A stretch of DNA of 64,000 bases from an uncultured Candidatus Saccharibacteria bacterium (GTDB taxonomy: Bacteria; Patescibacteriota; Minisyncoccia; Phycocordibacterales; UBA9973). Made by a program: the position numbers and the translations under genes. The notes below the pieces were generated by a model that was given only the letters and a program-made list of their open reading frames with translations, was not told the origin of the DNA and searched no databases. The stretch lies in the NCBI GenBank assembly GCA_964423445.1, contig CAYREQ010000001.1, positions 65,732-129,731 of the forward strand. The letters are read 5' to 3'. The first letter of the stretch is position 1. Each line of letters starts with the position of its first letter. Positions 19,090 through 31,330 of this stretch are shown in pieces.

Positions 19090-20817
19090 TTATTCAAAAT
19101 ATTCTGGAGTATTTATGCTCATCCAGTCAAATAACTGTCTTGCTACAGATGATGCGCTAGAACTATTTTTAGGTCCAGATTCCATCATAATTACAAAAGC
19201 ATATTTTGGATTTTCATAAGGGAAAAATCCCATTACCCAAGAATTTAATCTATCTTTGGCTACACCGAGCTGAGCTGTACCTGTTTTTACCGCAATATCT
19301 ACATAAGGCACATTTAATAGCGGGGCTGTACCATCTGTCACAGCCATGCGCATTCCTTTATGCACTATGTCGTAATATTCTTTTTTCAAATCAATCGTCG
19401 TGTATTGTTTTTCTTTTTCAGTATCACCTAAAATTAAATGTGGAGTCATGAGCTTGCCATAGTTTGCTATTGCTCCACCCGCCCTCACCATCTCCATAGG
19501 GGTGACTTGAAAACCATACTGCCCGATAGCTGTATTGTATGTGTCTCCAATGCGCCAAGGGTCTCCTTTAAAGTTTTTTAATTTCCATTCTGGTGTCGGT
19601 ATTACCCCACCCTTTTCATCAGGTAAATCTATTGAAGTTTTTTCTCCTATGCCGAAAATTTTTGCGTATTTATCAATATTTGCTATACCTATACCTTTTT
19701 GACCACCAAAACCACCCCCAATTGTATAGAAATAAACGTCCGAAGATACAGCTATCGCCTCGGCCATGTTTGTCCAACCATTTGCTCTCCAGTCTTTGAA
19801 AATAGTCGGCTTGTCTGGAAAATATGGGTTTGGTATTGAGATAGAGCCCGTAGACAGTATTTCTTTTGAAGGGTCTATAATACCTTCATTTAAAGCCCCA
19901 AGTGCAAAAAATGGTTTGACGATAGATCCTGGGGTATAAAGACCAGAAATACTTCTATCCATAAAAAATCTTCTTTTATCTGTGATATAACTATTTATTT
20001 TTTCTTTGTCTTTTCCTTGAGACAAAACTTCGGAATCGTATTCTGGAAAACTAGTAGAAGTTAAAATTTCTCCATTTCTTACATCCATTATTACACCAGC
20101 TCCTCCGGCAAATGAACCCCTCTCGGCTAAATCTTTTATGAAATTAAATAATTGCATTTGTATCCTAGAGTCTATGGTCGTCACTAGATCTGGTCCTTGT
20201 TTTGGAGTATTTACTATATTTTCGGAATAGATTTCTCCAAGAGCAGTCTTTTCTATCATTTTTGCCCCGTTCTCACCTTTTATTCTGTCATTGTATTGTT
20301 TTTCAAGTCCATCTTTACCTATAAAGTCTTCTCGCCAGTAATTTCCTGATTTATCTCGAGTCGGGTAGCTCACATAGCCAAGTAAATGCGAAAAACCTGG
20401 TGATAAATAAGCACGAACTAGATTTGTCTGCACCTCTGTTTTTTCATCTTTATTTTCTTCAGCCACAGTAAAATCTACTTTCTTATTCCAAGCTAATTCT
20501 TTCTTGTTTCTATCATAGATAATTCCCCTATCAGCAAATAAAATATCTTTTTCTATAATATTATTTTCACTTCTCTCGAAATAAGCAGAACCTTTATTTA
20601 CTTGTAGGTAAAATAGACGCCCACTAAATATAACGATAGCAAGTAAGAAAAAACTGGAAAGAAAAACAATAGTTTTTTGTGGTATTGGTTTCTCTATTCT
20701 TCCTTCAAATTGTTGACGATCAAAGTTTGCTATATTTTTTGAGTCTAGAAAAATTTCGTCTGGGTCGACGAAGACATTTTTTCTTCTTCTATGCTTTTTT
20801 AAAATTTCTCTTATCAT
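19090..20817 (-). CDS. mrdA: penicillin-binding protein 2 (elongation transpeptidase)
   Basis: 575 aa. N-terminal TM, SIVKP (SxxK), KTGTAQ motifs. PBP2-like dimerisation domain. Confidence 0.85.
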   Translation of the reverse strand: MIREILKKHRRRKNVFVDPDEIFLDSKNIANFDRQQFEGRIEKPIPQKTIVFLSSFFLLAIVIFSGRLFYLQVNKGSAYFERSENNIIEKDILFADRGIIYDRNKKELAWNKKVDFTVAEENKDEKTEVQTNLVRAYLSPGFSHLLGYVSYPTRDKSGNYWREDFIGKDGLEKQYNDRIKGENGAKMIEKTALGEIYSENIVNTPKQGPDLVTTIDSRIQMQLFNFIKDLAERGSFAGGAGVIMDVRNGEILTSTSFPEYDSEVLSQGKDKEKINSYITDKRRFFMDRSISGLYTPGSIVKPFFALGALNEGIIDPSKEILSTGSISIPNPYFPDKPTIFKDWRANGWTNMAEAIAVSSDVYFYTIGGGFGGQKGIGIANIDKYAKIFGIGEKTSIDLPDEKGGVIPTPEWKLKNFKGDPWRIGDTYNTAIGQYGFQVTPMEMVRAGGAIANYGKLMTPHLILGDTEKEKQYTTIDLKKEYYDIVHKGMRMAVTDGTAPLLNVPYVDIAVKTGTAQLGVAKDRLNSWVMGFFPYENPKYAFVIMMESGPKNSSSASSVARQLFDWMSINTPEYFE

Positions 20818-20820
20818 TTT

Positions 20821-21084
20821 TTAATTATTGAATCTGATTTTTTTCTTTATAAATTGAGCCAAGAATACGAGCACAAGAGCACCAAAGAAAGATATAAAAA
20901 CTATATTGTAAAATTTTGCCTCAGGTACCCCATAGAGTAAGTCAGATAAAAGAGCTATGGCCACCGCTTCCAAATAGTAATTAAAATAAATTATCCCAAT
21001 TAAACCTAAAATAATACTTACCCAAAAAGGCATGAAGATTACTGAAAAAAGTAATATAGCTGTAGCTAAAATTCGTAGAGCCAT
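20821..21084 (-). CDS. small polytopic membrane protein (possibly MreD-like)
   Basis: 87 aa, 3 TM. Immediately upstream of mrdA, where mreD often sits. Assignment tentative. Confidence 0.35.
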   Translation of the reverse strand: MALRILATAILLFSVIFMPFWVSIILGLIGIIYFNYYLEAVAIALLSDLLYGVPEAKFYNIVFISFFGALVLVFLAQFIKKKIRFNN

Positions 21085-21120
21085 AATCTTATATTACACG
21101 CTTAAACCCAAAATACAAAA

Positions 21121-21381
21121 TTAGAAAAATCTACGCCATAAATGACGCAAAATGAGAAATAAAATTATGCCTAAAATAGGATAAAATATATAAGGACTAT
21201 TAAATGTATTTAGCCTAAATGATTCCAATTCTTTTGTGGCTATTGATATGCCATTTGAGACAAAAGCTGGAGTATTGTCTTTTATTGTTTTACTAATTCC
21301 AGTATTTGATTCTGTGCTAGCAGTAGTTTTTGTTTGTACTGCAGTTTTTGCAGTCGTAGTCTTTGTATTATTAGTAGCCAT
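21121..21381 (-). CDS. small tail-anchored membrane protein, T-rich N-terminus, hypothetical
   Basis: 86 aa. Low-complexity T/K-rich N-terminus, single C-terminal TM. 8 nt after the purB stop. Confidence 0.35.
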   Translation of the reverse strand: MATNNTKTTTAKTAVQTKTTASTESNTGISKTIKDNTPAFVSNGISIATKELESFRLNTFNSPYIFYPILGIILFLILRHLWRRFF

Positions 21382-21388
21382 GCAAAAA

Positions 21389-22753
21389 TTATATCATTTT
21401 TGTAGCAATGCCGGTATAATTTTCTGGGGAAATTTTTAGTAATTCTTTTTTTATTTTTTCATTTACATTTAAAGTCTCAATAAAATTATGTATTTCTTTT
21501 AGGGTGACTTTTTTACCACGAGATAATTCTTTTAGTTTTTCATAAGGCATCTCTACACCCTCACGTCTCAGTATGGTTTGGATAGCCTCAGTGACGACTT
21601 CGGGATGATTGTTTAAAACTTCCAATATTTTTTCTTCGTTTACTTTTATTTTGCTGAGCCCTTTTAACAGTGAGCTATATGCTAGATATGAATGTCCAAA
21701 TGCTGTACCAAAAGCTCTTTCTACTGTAGAATCGGACAAATCTCTCTGCAGTCTAGATATTGGAAGCTTGCGAGCAAAAAATTCAAAAAGAGCATTTGCG
21801 AGGCCTAGATTCCCTTCACTGTTTTCAAAATCTATCGGGTTTATTTTATGTGGCATTGTAGAAGAGCCAGTCTCACCTGCCTTTGGTATTTGCCCTACCC
21901 AATCATCTGATATGTATCTCCACATGTCTTGGTTGAAATCTATAAGTACTCCATTGATATGTTTTACCTTATCAAAAATCTTGATATAACTATCGTGACA
22001 TTCTATTTGAGTAGTGATTTTATTTTGGATTAATTTTTGTGTACGTCCTTTATTAAAACTCTCAATAAATTTTTTACTAAATGAATTCCAATCTACTTTT
22101 GGATAAGCTACAACGTGAGCATTATAGTTTCCTGTCGCTCCATTTAATTTCATCTCTATTTTTATACTTTTTAATTCAGTCAATAGTTTTTCTAAACGCA
22201 GAGAAAATACTTTCATTTCTTTGCCAAAAGTAGTGGGGCTAGCAGATTGTCCGTGAGTACGAGCTAGCATCGGTAAGTTTTTATATTTTTTTGCTAGAAT
22301 ATTTATTTCAGAAATTACTTTTGAAATACAAGGAATAATTTCATTGTCTAGCGAGTCTGACAACAACAGAGCATAAGCTATGTTGTTTGTATCTTCGGAT
22401 GTAATAGCAAAGTGGGTCCATTCCGTAGAATCTTTTAGAGATGTTTTGGAAAGTGCATTTTTTATAAAATATTCTACAGCCTTTACATCGTGATTTGTTT
22501 TTGATTCAATCTTTTTTATTTCTTTATATGAATTTTCATCAAATTTTTCGTAAAGACTTCTTATTTGCTTTATTTCATTTGTAGTAAATTTACGTAGTGC
22601 TGTTTTGTTTAATAAAGATAAGGCTATTAGATATTCACTTTCCATCATCACTCTGTATTTCATCAAACCTTGCTCGGAAAAATATGGAGCGAGAGCTCTC
22701 GTTTTTTCAAAGTATCTACCATCCAATGATGAAATTGCGTTAAAATTTTGCAT
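21389..22753 (-). CDS. purB: adenylosuccinate lyase
   Basis: 454 aa. SSLDGRY N-terminus. Fumarate-lyase signature GSSTMPHKINP. Confidence 0.95.
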   Translation of the reverse strand: MQNFNAISSLDGRYFEKTRALAPYFSEQGLMKYRVMMESEYLIALSLLNKTALRKFTTNEIKQIRSLYEKFDENSYKEIKKIESKTNHDVKAVEYFIKNALSKTSLKDSTEWTHFAITSEDTNNIAYALLLSDSLDNEIIPCISKVISEINILAKKYKNLPMLARTHGQSASPTTFGKEMKVFSLRLEKLLTELKSIKIEMKLNGATGNYNAHVVAYPKVDWNSFSKKFIESFNKGRTQKLIQNKITTQIECHDSYIKIFDKVKHINGVLIDFNQDMWRYISDDWVGQIPKAGETGSSTMPHKINPIDFENSEGNLGLANALFEFFARKLPISRLQRDLSDSTVERAFGTAFGHSYLAYSSLLKGLSKIKVNEEKILEVLNNHPEVVTEAIQTILRREGVEMPYEKLKELSRGKKVTLKEIHNFIETLNVNEKIKKELLKISPENYTGIATKMI

Positions 22754-22755
22754 AA

Positions 22756-23688
22756 TTATATTGTGTATTTTTTAAGATTATTTTCAATTCTCTTTTCTAT
22801 GTCTCCTTGTTCTATTTGGAATTTTGTTCCTGTGATTTGTTCAAAAATTTGTATGTATCTTTTTGTTAATTCTTCTACCATTTCAATTGGAGCTTCTGGC
22901 ATTACTTCGTCTTTGTATGGGTCACAATTTTGTTTAAACCAAAGTCTCAAAAATTCTTTATCAAAGTTTTGAGGCTCCAATCCTTCGTCTATGCGTTCTT
23001 GATAAGAGTCAGCTTGCCAATACCTAGAAGAGTCTGGTGTGTGTATTTCATCTATTAATATTACTTCACCATTTTCAGCAAGTCCAAATTCATACTTTGT
23101 ATCTACTAAAATCAAACCTCTTTTCAATGCTACTTCTTGCCCGCGTGAAAAAAGTTTTAATGCCGTATCTCTGACTTTTTCCCAGATTTCTGGGCTCATC
23201 ATTTTTTCTTCCAAAATTATTTTACTAGTTAATGGTCTGTCATGAGCTTCAAATTTTGTCGTTGGAGTCACTACTGGTTTACCTAATTTTTGATTTTTCT
23301 TCATTCCTTCTGGTAAAACAAAATCTCCAAAATCCCTAGTCCCTTTTTGGTATAAAGTCCAAAGTGCAGTATCAGTGACTCCTGTAATATACCCACGTAC
23401 CACCATTTCTACTGGTAATACTGTGCACTTTTTACCAATTACTACATTTGGGTCTGGATTATCTAAGATATGGTTCTCTACTATATCTTTGGTATTTTCA
23501 AACCAAAAAGAACTTATTTGTGTGAGCACTTGCCCTTTGCATGGTATCAAAGCAAGGTTTCTATCAAAGGCAGAATATCTGTCACTGGAAATTAATATGA
23601 TTTTATCATCTTGTACGTAAACATCTCGCACTTTTCCTGTATATTTTTTCCCAAGATTATTAAAATTTGTTTCTTTTAGAATGTTCAT
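22756..23688 (-). CDS. purC: SAICAR synthetase (long, Ade1-like form)
   Basis: 310 aa. GKVRDVY...SDRYSAFD and conserved PurC core. Length matches the long form. Confidence 0.9.
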   Translation of the reverse strand: MNILKETNFNNLGKKYTGKVRDVYVQDDKIILISSDRYSAFDRNLALIPCKGQVLTQISSFWFENTKDIVENHILDNPDPNVVIGKKCTVLPVEMVVRGYITGVTDTALWTLYQKGTRDFGDFVLPEGMKKNQKLGKPVVTPTTKFEAHDRPLTSKIILEEKMMSPEIWEKVRDTALKLFSRGQEVALKRGLILVDTKYEFGLAENGEVILIDEIHTPDSSRYWQADSYQERIDEGLEPQNFDKEFLRLWFKQNCDPYKDEVMPEAPIEMVEELTKRYIQIFEQITGTKFQIEQGDIEKRIENNLKKYTI

Positions 23689-24846
23689 TTATTTATAAAT
23701 TATTTTTTTATTCAAACTTAATTTTGAAATTATAGATATTTGTGGAATTTTTTCTTTTGTTACTTTGCCGATTATTTTTGCTTTAATTCCAAAATCTTTT
23801 GCTCTCTTGATTGAGTACTGCGCATCTTTTTCATCTACGATGAGTAGCATGCCTTGTCCCCCATTCCAGACTTCATAAAATTCTTCATCTTTTAAACCAC
23901 GCCAAGAAGCACATTCTAGCATAATTTTTGGTGGTTCCCATAAATCAAAAATCTCTGCTGAAAGTCCTTTGGAAAAAAGTACATCTTTGCCTAATTTTTC
24001 TCTAAAAGCTCCACCAGAGAGGTGCACCACACTGTGTATTTTTATTTCTGGTTTAAAACTTTTATTAAACCACCCATGCATAGTGTTTATATACATATCA
24101 TAAAGTACTGAAGGGACAGCCGAAGCCTTGATGGCATCTTTTGCTTTTGGGTTTTTGTACCAGCTTTTACCGAATTTTACTTGCAGAGCTTTTCTTACAG
24201 AGCTAACACCATTTGATCTAAAACCATTTTCCTTGAGTCCAATAATTACTTGCCCAGCTTTTACACTCTTACCAGTTATCATTTTGTCTTTATGGTAAGC
24301 ACCTATCATCATTCCTGACCAGTTTAATTTAGTTTTTGAATCTTTGATTTCTGAGCCGATAGCAATTCCCATCTGTGCTGTCTCACCTTTTAAGACCACT
24401 ATCTTATTTTCTTTTGCTACATCTCCGAGACCACTTATTGCACTTTTGTAAGTCTTGTTTACTATATCTCCAGAATTTCCGACAGAAGAAATATCAAAAA
24501 CATTTATAAAAACAAGTGGCACGCCACCAAAGCGAGTGATGTCACTCGCTGTCATAGCTATGATGTCGTATGCTGCATCTTTGTGAGTCTTGGCTGCATC
24601 TATGATTATGCCTTTTGTGCCGAGACCATCAGTGGATGCTTCGATAAAATATCCTTTTGGTAAATTTTTTAAAGTAAAAGGCCTAGGACCACGAAAATTT
24701 CCCATAGAAAGATCATGGACTTTTACAAAGGGAGAATTATTATAACTTTTTTTACAAACTGACCCCGCAAAACTACTAAAACTAGATTCTTCTTCTACAT
24801 CTACTCCATCTTGACTGTATTTTTTTGAAATTTTTATCTTACTCAT
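23689..24846 (-). CDS. purM: phosphoribosylformylglycinamidine cyclo-ligase (AIR synthetase)
   Basis: 385 aa. DGVDV...STDGLGTK motif and AIRS N/C domains. Confidence 0.85.
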   Translation of the reverse strand: MSKIKISKKYSQDGVDVEEESSFSSFAGSVCKKSYNNSPFVKVHDLSMGNFRGPRPFTLKNLPKGYFIEASTDGLGTKGIIIDAAKTHKDAAYDIIAMTASDITRFGGVPLVFINVFDISSVGNSGDIVNKTYKSAISGLGDVAKENKIVVLKGETAQMGIAIGSEIKDSKTKLNWSGMMIGAYHKDKMITGKSVKAGQVIIGLKENGFRSNGVSSVRKALQVKFGKSWYKNPKAKDAIKASAVPSVLYDMYINTMHGWFNKSFKPEIKIHSVVHLSGGAFREKLGKDVLFSKGLSAEIFDLWEPPKIMLECASWRGLKDEEFYEVWNGGQGMLLIVDEKDAQYSIKRAKDFGIKAKIIGKVTKEKIPQISIISKLSLNKKIIYK

Positions 24847-25351
24847 TTAAATATTTTTTGTAACCAACTTTTGAAAGTTTTTTACTTTTTATTTTTACTT
24901 CTTTACTCATCTTATTCTTAAAATCATTAAATTTCTTTTCTAGTTTTTTGTCGGATAGGCTGAGAATTTGTATAGCAAGTAAACCAGCATTCTTTGCTCC
25001 ATTTATGGCGACAGTAGCCACAGGAACACCTGGTGGCATTTGTAAAATAGACAAAAGAGAATCCATGCCCTCCATTGTTTTTGTTTTTATTGGTACACCG
25101 ATAACTGGAAGTGTTGTCATTGATGCTGTCATACCTGGGAGATGTGCAGACCCACCGGCACCAGCGATGATCACTTTTATGCCAGACTTTTTTGCATTTG
25201 TAGCATATTTATATAATTTGTCAGGGGTTCTGTGCGCAGATACGACACTAATACTATAATCTACACCAAACTCTTCAAGGATTTTTGCTGATTCACTCAT
25301 TATTTCTAAATCAGAATCAGAACCCATTATTATCAATACTTTATTTTTCAT
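24839..25351 (-). CDS. purE: N5-carboxyaminoimidazole ribonucleotide mutase
   Basis: 170 aa. IMGSDSD...[10 protein letters not shown] class I PurE motifs. Confidence 0.95.
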   Translation of the reverse strand: MKNKVLIIMGSDSDLEIMSESAKILEEFGVDYSISVVSAHRTPDKLYKYATNAKKSGIKVIIAGAGGSAHLPGMTASMTTLPVIGVPIKTKTMEGMDSLLSILQMPPGVPVATVAINGAKNAGLLAIQILSLSDKKLEKKFNDFKNKMSKEVKIKSKKLSKVGYKKYLNE

Positions 25352-25371
25352 AATATTTTTACTGCGAATAA

Positions 25372-26502
25372 TTAAATAGATATATGTTTGTGTGCTTTTT
25401 TTGCTCTCTTCTCTGCTTCTTTTAATGTGTTTGCTGTTACTGTGATATGTCCCATCTTGCGCTCTTTTCTCGTTTCCATCTTACCATATATATGTATATT
25501 GACACCACTTATTTTTTTAGCATTTTCTCCACCTCTATATTTTGGAGCTCCATTTCTTTTTCCAAGAATATTCATCATCACAGAAGCTTTTGACCTTGTT
25601 TTAGATTTTGCCAGATGCATTCCTGTCACGGCTCGTATCTGTTGTTCAAATTGTGATGCTGAGTAGGCCTCTATCGTATGGTGTCCAGAATTATGTACTC
25701 GTGGTGCTATTTCATTTACTATCACATTTTCTTTTTTATCTAAAAACATTTCTATGGCAAATACTCCTACACCACCTAAAGCCTCAAGTACTTTTTTTGC
25801 CACTTTTTTTGCTTTTAGTTTTATTTGAGGTTTTATGTTTGCCGGTGAGCGAACAATATGACAAATATTATTTTGGTGTATTGTTTCTACTACATCAAAA
25901 GAAAAAATAGTATTAAATTTATCTCGAGCAGAGACCACAGCGAGCTCTTTCTCAAATGGTATAAATTTTTCTGCATAGAGTGGGCTCTTTGAGAGTTTGA
26001 TAAAAGCTTTTTTTATATCTCCTTTTTTACAAACCACAAAGTTTCCCCTGCCATCATAAGCATCAAACCGAGCTTTAAGTAAAAAAGGGTAGCCAAAAAT
26101 ATCACCCTGCTTTAAAGCATCACTCTCATTTTCAATAAGTGCAAAATCCGCGACCGGAATATCATGTTCTCTTAGAAAAACTTTTTGTTCAAATTTATCT
26201 TTTATGATTTTTAAAATTTTTGGACTTGGGTTTACCGGTTTTCCTTTTTTTGCAATTTCTGCCAAAGTTTTATTGTCAGCACTTTCTATCTCAAAAGTCA
26301 GAAAGTCAGAAATTTTAGCAAGCTCAAGAATTTTTTTTCTATCTTTAAAACCACCGATTATCTGCCCGTTTGCCACTTGTCCTGCGGGCGAAGGACTGTT
26401 TGGGTCTAGCACTATGACTTTAAACCCGAGACGGTGCGCAGAGTCTGTGAGCATCCTGCCCAACTGCCCTCCACCCACTATTCCGATAGTTTTTTGTTTC
26501 AT
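25372..26502 (-). CDS. purK: N5-CAIR synthetase (ATP-grasp)
   Basis: 376 aa. [14 protein letters not shown]-terminus, ATP-grasp fold. Adjacent to purE. Confidence 0.9.
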   Translation of the reverse strand: MKQKTIGIVGGGQLGRMLTDSAHRLGFKVIVLDPNSPSPAGQVANGQIIGGFKDRKKILELAKISDFLTFEIESADNKTLAEIAKKGKPVNPSPKILKIIKDKFEQKVFLREHDIPVADFALIENESDALKQGDIFGYPFLLKARFDAYDGRGNFVVCKKGDIKKAFIKLSKSPLYAEKFIPFEKELAVVSARDKFNTIFSFDVVETIHQNNICHIVRSPANIKPQIKLKAKKVAKKVLEALGGVGVFAIEMFLDKKENVIVNEIAPRVHNSGHHTIEAYSASQFEQQIRAVTGMHLAKSKTRSKASVMMNILGKRNGAPKYRGGENAKKISGVNIHIYGKMETRKERKMGHITVTANTLKEAEKRAKKAHKHISI

Positions 26503-26504
26503 TT

Positions 26505-27986
26505 TTAGTGTTTAAAATGCCTAAAACCAGTCGTGACCATGGCCATATTGTATTTATCAGCCATGTCTATGGATGCTTGGTCGTTCTTTGAGCCTCCTGG
26601 GTGGATGACAGCAGAGACTCCATTTTCCCCTGCTACTTCTACGCAATCAGGAAATGGGAAAAATGCTTCTGAAGAAAGCACTGAGCCTTTTAAGTCAAAA
26701 CCAAATCTTTTTGCTTTATCTATCGCTTGGTTTAGAGCATCGATTCTTGATGTCTGTCCACAACCCATAGTGATGAGTGTGCTATTTTTTACTAATGCTA
26801 CAGAATTTGATTTTAAATGTTTGGTGGCTACAGATGCGATAAGTAAATCTTTTTTCTCTTGCTCTGTTGGCTCTCTCTTAGTGACAGTTTTCAAATCTTC
26901 TATTTTTTCTACTTGAGTGTCTCTGTCTTGAGAAAGTATTCCTGTAAAGTTTGTGCGTATTTGTTTCTTTGGCAGTGTGGGATTTTTCCATTTAAGTATT
27001 CGGCAATCTTTTTTAGTCATTAAAATTTCCAGTGCCTCTTTTGAAAAATCTGGCGCGATGATGACTTCTATGAAAAGCTTTTGTTCTTTTATCAGGTTTG
27101 CTATATCTGCTTCCACTATTCTATTCCCTGCCAATATTCCACCAAAAGCAGATACTGGGTCAGCATTGTACGCAGATTTGTAAGCTTCAAATAAATTTTC
27201 TTTTACAGAGAGACCACAAGCATTCATGTGTTTTATGATTGCAAATGCTGGTTCAGAAAAGTCATACACAGTAGCTATGGCTGCTTCGGTATCTATTAAA
27301 TTATTATATGAAAGTTCTTTGCCGTGGAGTTGGATAAAACTGTCTTCTAAGTTACCAATAAATTCTGCACCTTGGTGAGGGTTTTCTCCGTAGCGCAATT
27401 TTGATCCTTGGAAATATCCACGGATAGCAGAGTCATACATGCTCGTAACTTCAAAGGCAGTGCCTGCAAATTTTTTTCTTTCCTCGAGTGTAGTTTCACT
27501 TCCCTTTTCTAAAATATTTAAAAGCTGAGAGTATTGGTGTTTGGAAGGTATCACTACGACATCATTAAAATTTTTCGCTGCCGCTCGGATGAGTGATATT
27601 CCTCCTATGTCTATCTTCTCTATTATTTCCTCATCAGTTCCTCCACTCGCTAAAGTTTCTTCAAATGGATACAAATCTACTATTACTAAATCAATATCTT
27701 CTATTTTATGCTCTGCTTTTTCTTTTTGGTCGTCAGTGTTGTCTCTCCTATTTAAAATACCTCCAAAGATTTGTGGTTGGAGTGTTTTTACTCTGCCACC
27801 AAAGACGCTTGGGAATCCAGTAAGAGTTTCTACTTCGGTGACAGGTATATTTAGTTTACGGACAAATTCTGCTGTACCTCCTGTGGAGATAATTTTTACA
27901 CCGTGTTTGTCTAAGAGTTTTACAATCTCATCAAGCCCATCTTTATTAAAAACTGAAATTAGCGCTGACTTGATTTGTTTATTCAT
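26505..27986 (-). CDS. purH: bifunctional AICAR transformylase / IMP cyclohydrolase
   Basis: 493 aa. MGS-like N-domain (ALISVFNKDGL...STGGTA) plus AICARFT domain. Confidence 0.95.
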   Translation of the reverse strand: MNKQIKSALISVFNKDGLDEIVKLLDKHGVKIISTGGTAEFVRKLNIPVTEVETLTGFPSVFGGRVKTLQPQIFGGILNRRDNTDDQKEKAEHKIEDIDLVIVDLYPFEETLASGGTDEEIIEKIDIGGISLIRAAAKNFNDVVVIPSKHQYSQLLNILEKGSETTLEERKKFAGTAFEVTSMYDSAIRGYFQGSKLRYGENPHQGAEFIGNLEDSFIQLHGKELSYNNLIDTEAAIATVYDFSEPAFAIIKHMNACGLSVKENLFEAYKSAYNADPVSAFGGILAGNRIVEADIANLIKEQKLFIEVIIAPDFSKEALEILMTKKDCRILKWKNPTLPKKQIRTNFTGILSQDRDTQVEKIEDLKTVTKREPTEQEKKDLLIASVATKHLKSNSVALVKNSTLITMGCGQTSRIDALNQAIDKAKRFGFDLKGSVLSSEAFFPFPDCVEVAGENGVSAVIHPGGSKNDQASIDMADKYNMAMVTTGFRHFKH

Positions 27987-28012
27987 GAAAGCATTTTATC
28001 ATAACAATTTTT

Positions 28013-29551
28013 TTATTCAAATTCTGTCGTAGCTGGAGGTTTTGGAGTCATATCAAAAAATACTCTCACTATATCTTTGTGTTTTGTCAGTGTTGTTGTA
28101 ATTTCATTTACGACTTCTTCTGGAAAATAAAAACCTTTTGCTGTCATAAAGTCCACTGTCTGCACCGCACGAATAGCGAGTGAGTGGCCATATACTCTCT
28201 CGTCCCCCTTTACTCCGACAGAATTTATGCCGAGCAAGGCTACGATGAGCTGAGAAATTTCTTTTTCCAAATTATGTTTTTTAATTATGTCAGTTACGGT
28301 TTTATCTGCTTCTCGTACAAGATCTATATTGTCTTTTGATACAGGTGTGCCGACTACTCGTAGATATAGTCCTGGTCCTGGAAATGGATTTCGCTCATAG
28401 ATAGCCGGTGGTAAGTTTAAAGCTTTGCCCAATTCACGAACCTCGTATTTAAATAAATTTCTAAATGGGTGCAGGTCTTCTACTTCAAAACTCAAGCCCA
28501 CATTGTGATGGGTTTTTATCATTGCTGATTCGCCGGCTTTGCCTGACTCTATTATATCTGTCGCCAGTGTTCCTTGAATTATAAATCCCGCATCATGTTT
28601 TACTATTTGCTCTTCAAATATTCTCTGATACACCTTGCGGAATTTTGACCTCTTTTCTTCTCCATCAATAGTGGTGCCGATATTTTTTATAAATTCCTCT
28701 TCGGCTTCTATTACTATTAAATTATTTACACCTGCATTTTTTGTATTTTCTTTAAGCTCCGATACTTCGTCTTTACGTAGTCCACCTGTATCTATGGCTA
28801 TACATTTTAGTCTATCACCCAACACAGGAGCTAGAAGTGCAGCTAGTGTAGTGGAATCTACTCCACCAGACACACCGAGAATTACATTTTTCTTTTCACT
28901 TTCGTTTACTACACTTAAAACTTCATTTTGAATTTGTTTTATCAAGTCTTCAGGATTCCAGTCTTTCTTGCAAGTAGCTATGTCTAAAAAGTTTTGTAGT
29001 ATTTTTTTACCCTCTTTTGTATTTGTGACTTCTGGATGAAATTGTATTCCCATTACTTTATTATTCGTATTTGTCATGGCAGATATTCCACCGGATGTAG
29101 CTATGGATAAAAAACCTTCTGGCAATTTAGTCACAGTGTCTCCATGACTTGCCCAGACTTCTGTATTTTTAGAAACTCCTAGAAATAGTGGATGGGTATC
29201 ATCTACTGTCACTTGAGCTGGACCATATTCTCTGTGGGCTATTGGTCTCTCTACTGTGCCACCGAGGTTGTGTGCCAAAAGTTGCATACCATAACAGATT
29301 CCAAGAATGAAATATTTTTTACCAGTGATGTCTACTGATTCTGGAATTTGTGGAGCACCTTCATTGTGTACACTCCAATTACTACCAGAAAGTATTACAG
29401 CTTTTGGATTATTATTTTTTAACCAATTATCTACTTTATTTGGTGGAAGTATTAGACTGCGCACACCAAGCTCGCGCAGTGTTCGCCCAATCACTAGTGT
29501 GTATTGTGAACCGTAATCTATAACCAAAACTTGGATGTCATTCATAGACAT
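28013..29551 (-). CDS. guaA: GMP synthase (glutamine-hydrolysing)
   Basis: 512 aa. GATase1 N-domain (ICYGMQ, HPE), ATP-PPase SGGVDS loop, C-terminal dimerisation domain. Confidence 0.95.
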   Translation of the reverse strand: MSMNDIQVLVIDYGSQYTLVIGRTLRELGVRSLILPPNKVDNWLKNNNPKAVILSGSNWSVHNEGAPQIPESVDITGKKYFILGICYGMQLLAHNLGGTVERPIAHREYGPAQVTVDDTHPLFLGVSKNTEVWASHGDTVTKLPEGFLSIATSGGISAMTNTNNKVMGIQFHPEVTNTKEGKKILQNFLDIATCKKDWNPEDLIKQIQNEVLSVVNESEKKNVILGVSGGVDSTTLAALLAPVLGDRLKCIAIDTGGLRKDEVSELKENTKNAGVNNLIVIEAEEEFIKNIGTTIDGEEKRSKFRKVYQRIFEEQIVKHDAGFIIQGTLATDIIESGKAGESAMIKTHHNVGLSFEVEDLHPFRNLFKYEVRELGKALNLPPAIYERNPFPGPGLYLRVVGTPVSKDNIDLVREADKTVTDIIKKHNLEKEISQLIVALLGINSVGVKGDERVYGHSLAIRAVQTVDFMTAKGFYFPEEVVNEITTTLTKHKDIVRVFFDMTPKPPATTEFE

Positions 29552-29573
29552 ATGATATATGAAAATAAGAAAT

Positions 29574-29609
29574 AAAAAAAGCGGCTTATTAAAAAATCAA
29601 AAAAGCCGC
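29574..29609 (-). terminator. intrinsic-terminator-like hairpin plus T7 run between small ORF and guaA (possible attenuator)
   Basis: Minus-strand reading: GCGGCTT-15 nt A/T loop-AAGCCGC followed by TTTTTTT. Only 22 nt upstream of the guaA ATG. Confidence 0.35.
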
Positions 29610-29632
29610 AGTTTGAATTATTTTGTGCCAAT

Positions 29633-29743
29633 TTATAAATTTCCCGACACGAAATCTTTAATTTCGCCCCAAAAGACGAAGAAGAAAAATACAATGAGTA
29701 ATACAACAAGAAAAGCGACGACATCATCAAATATTTTCTTCAT
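29633..29743 (-). CDS. small hydrophobic ORF (36 aa) with strong SD, upstream of guaA
   Basis: GGAGG-7 nt-ATG. MKKIFDDVVAFLVVLLIVFFFFVFWGEIKDFVSGNL. Not in the track (under 60 aa). Confidence 0.35.
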   Translation of the reverse strand: MKKIFDDVVAFLVVLLIVFFFFVFWGEIKDFVSGNL

Positions 29744-29831
29744 AGTTTTACCTCCAAAAATCACAATAACACTTATAAATTATTCCGTCAAATAAATATT
29801 CTAATTTTACCCGAATTTATTTTTATGCTAA

Positions 29832-31322
<1,491 letters not shown>

Positions 31323-31330
31323 AATATAAT

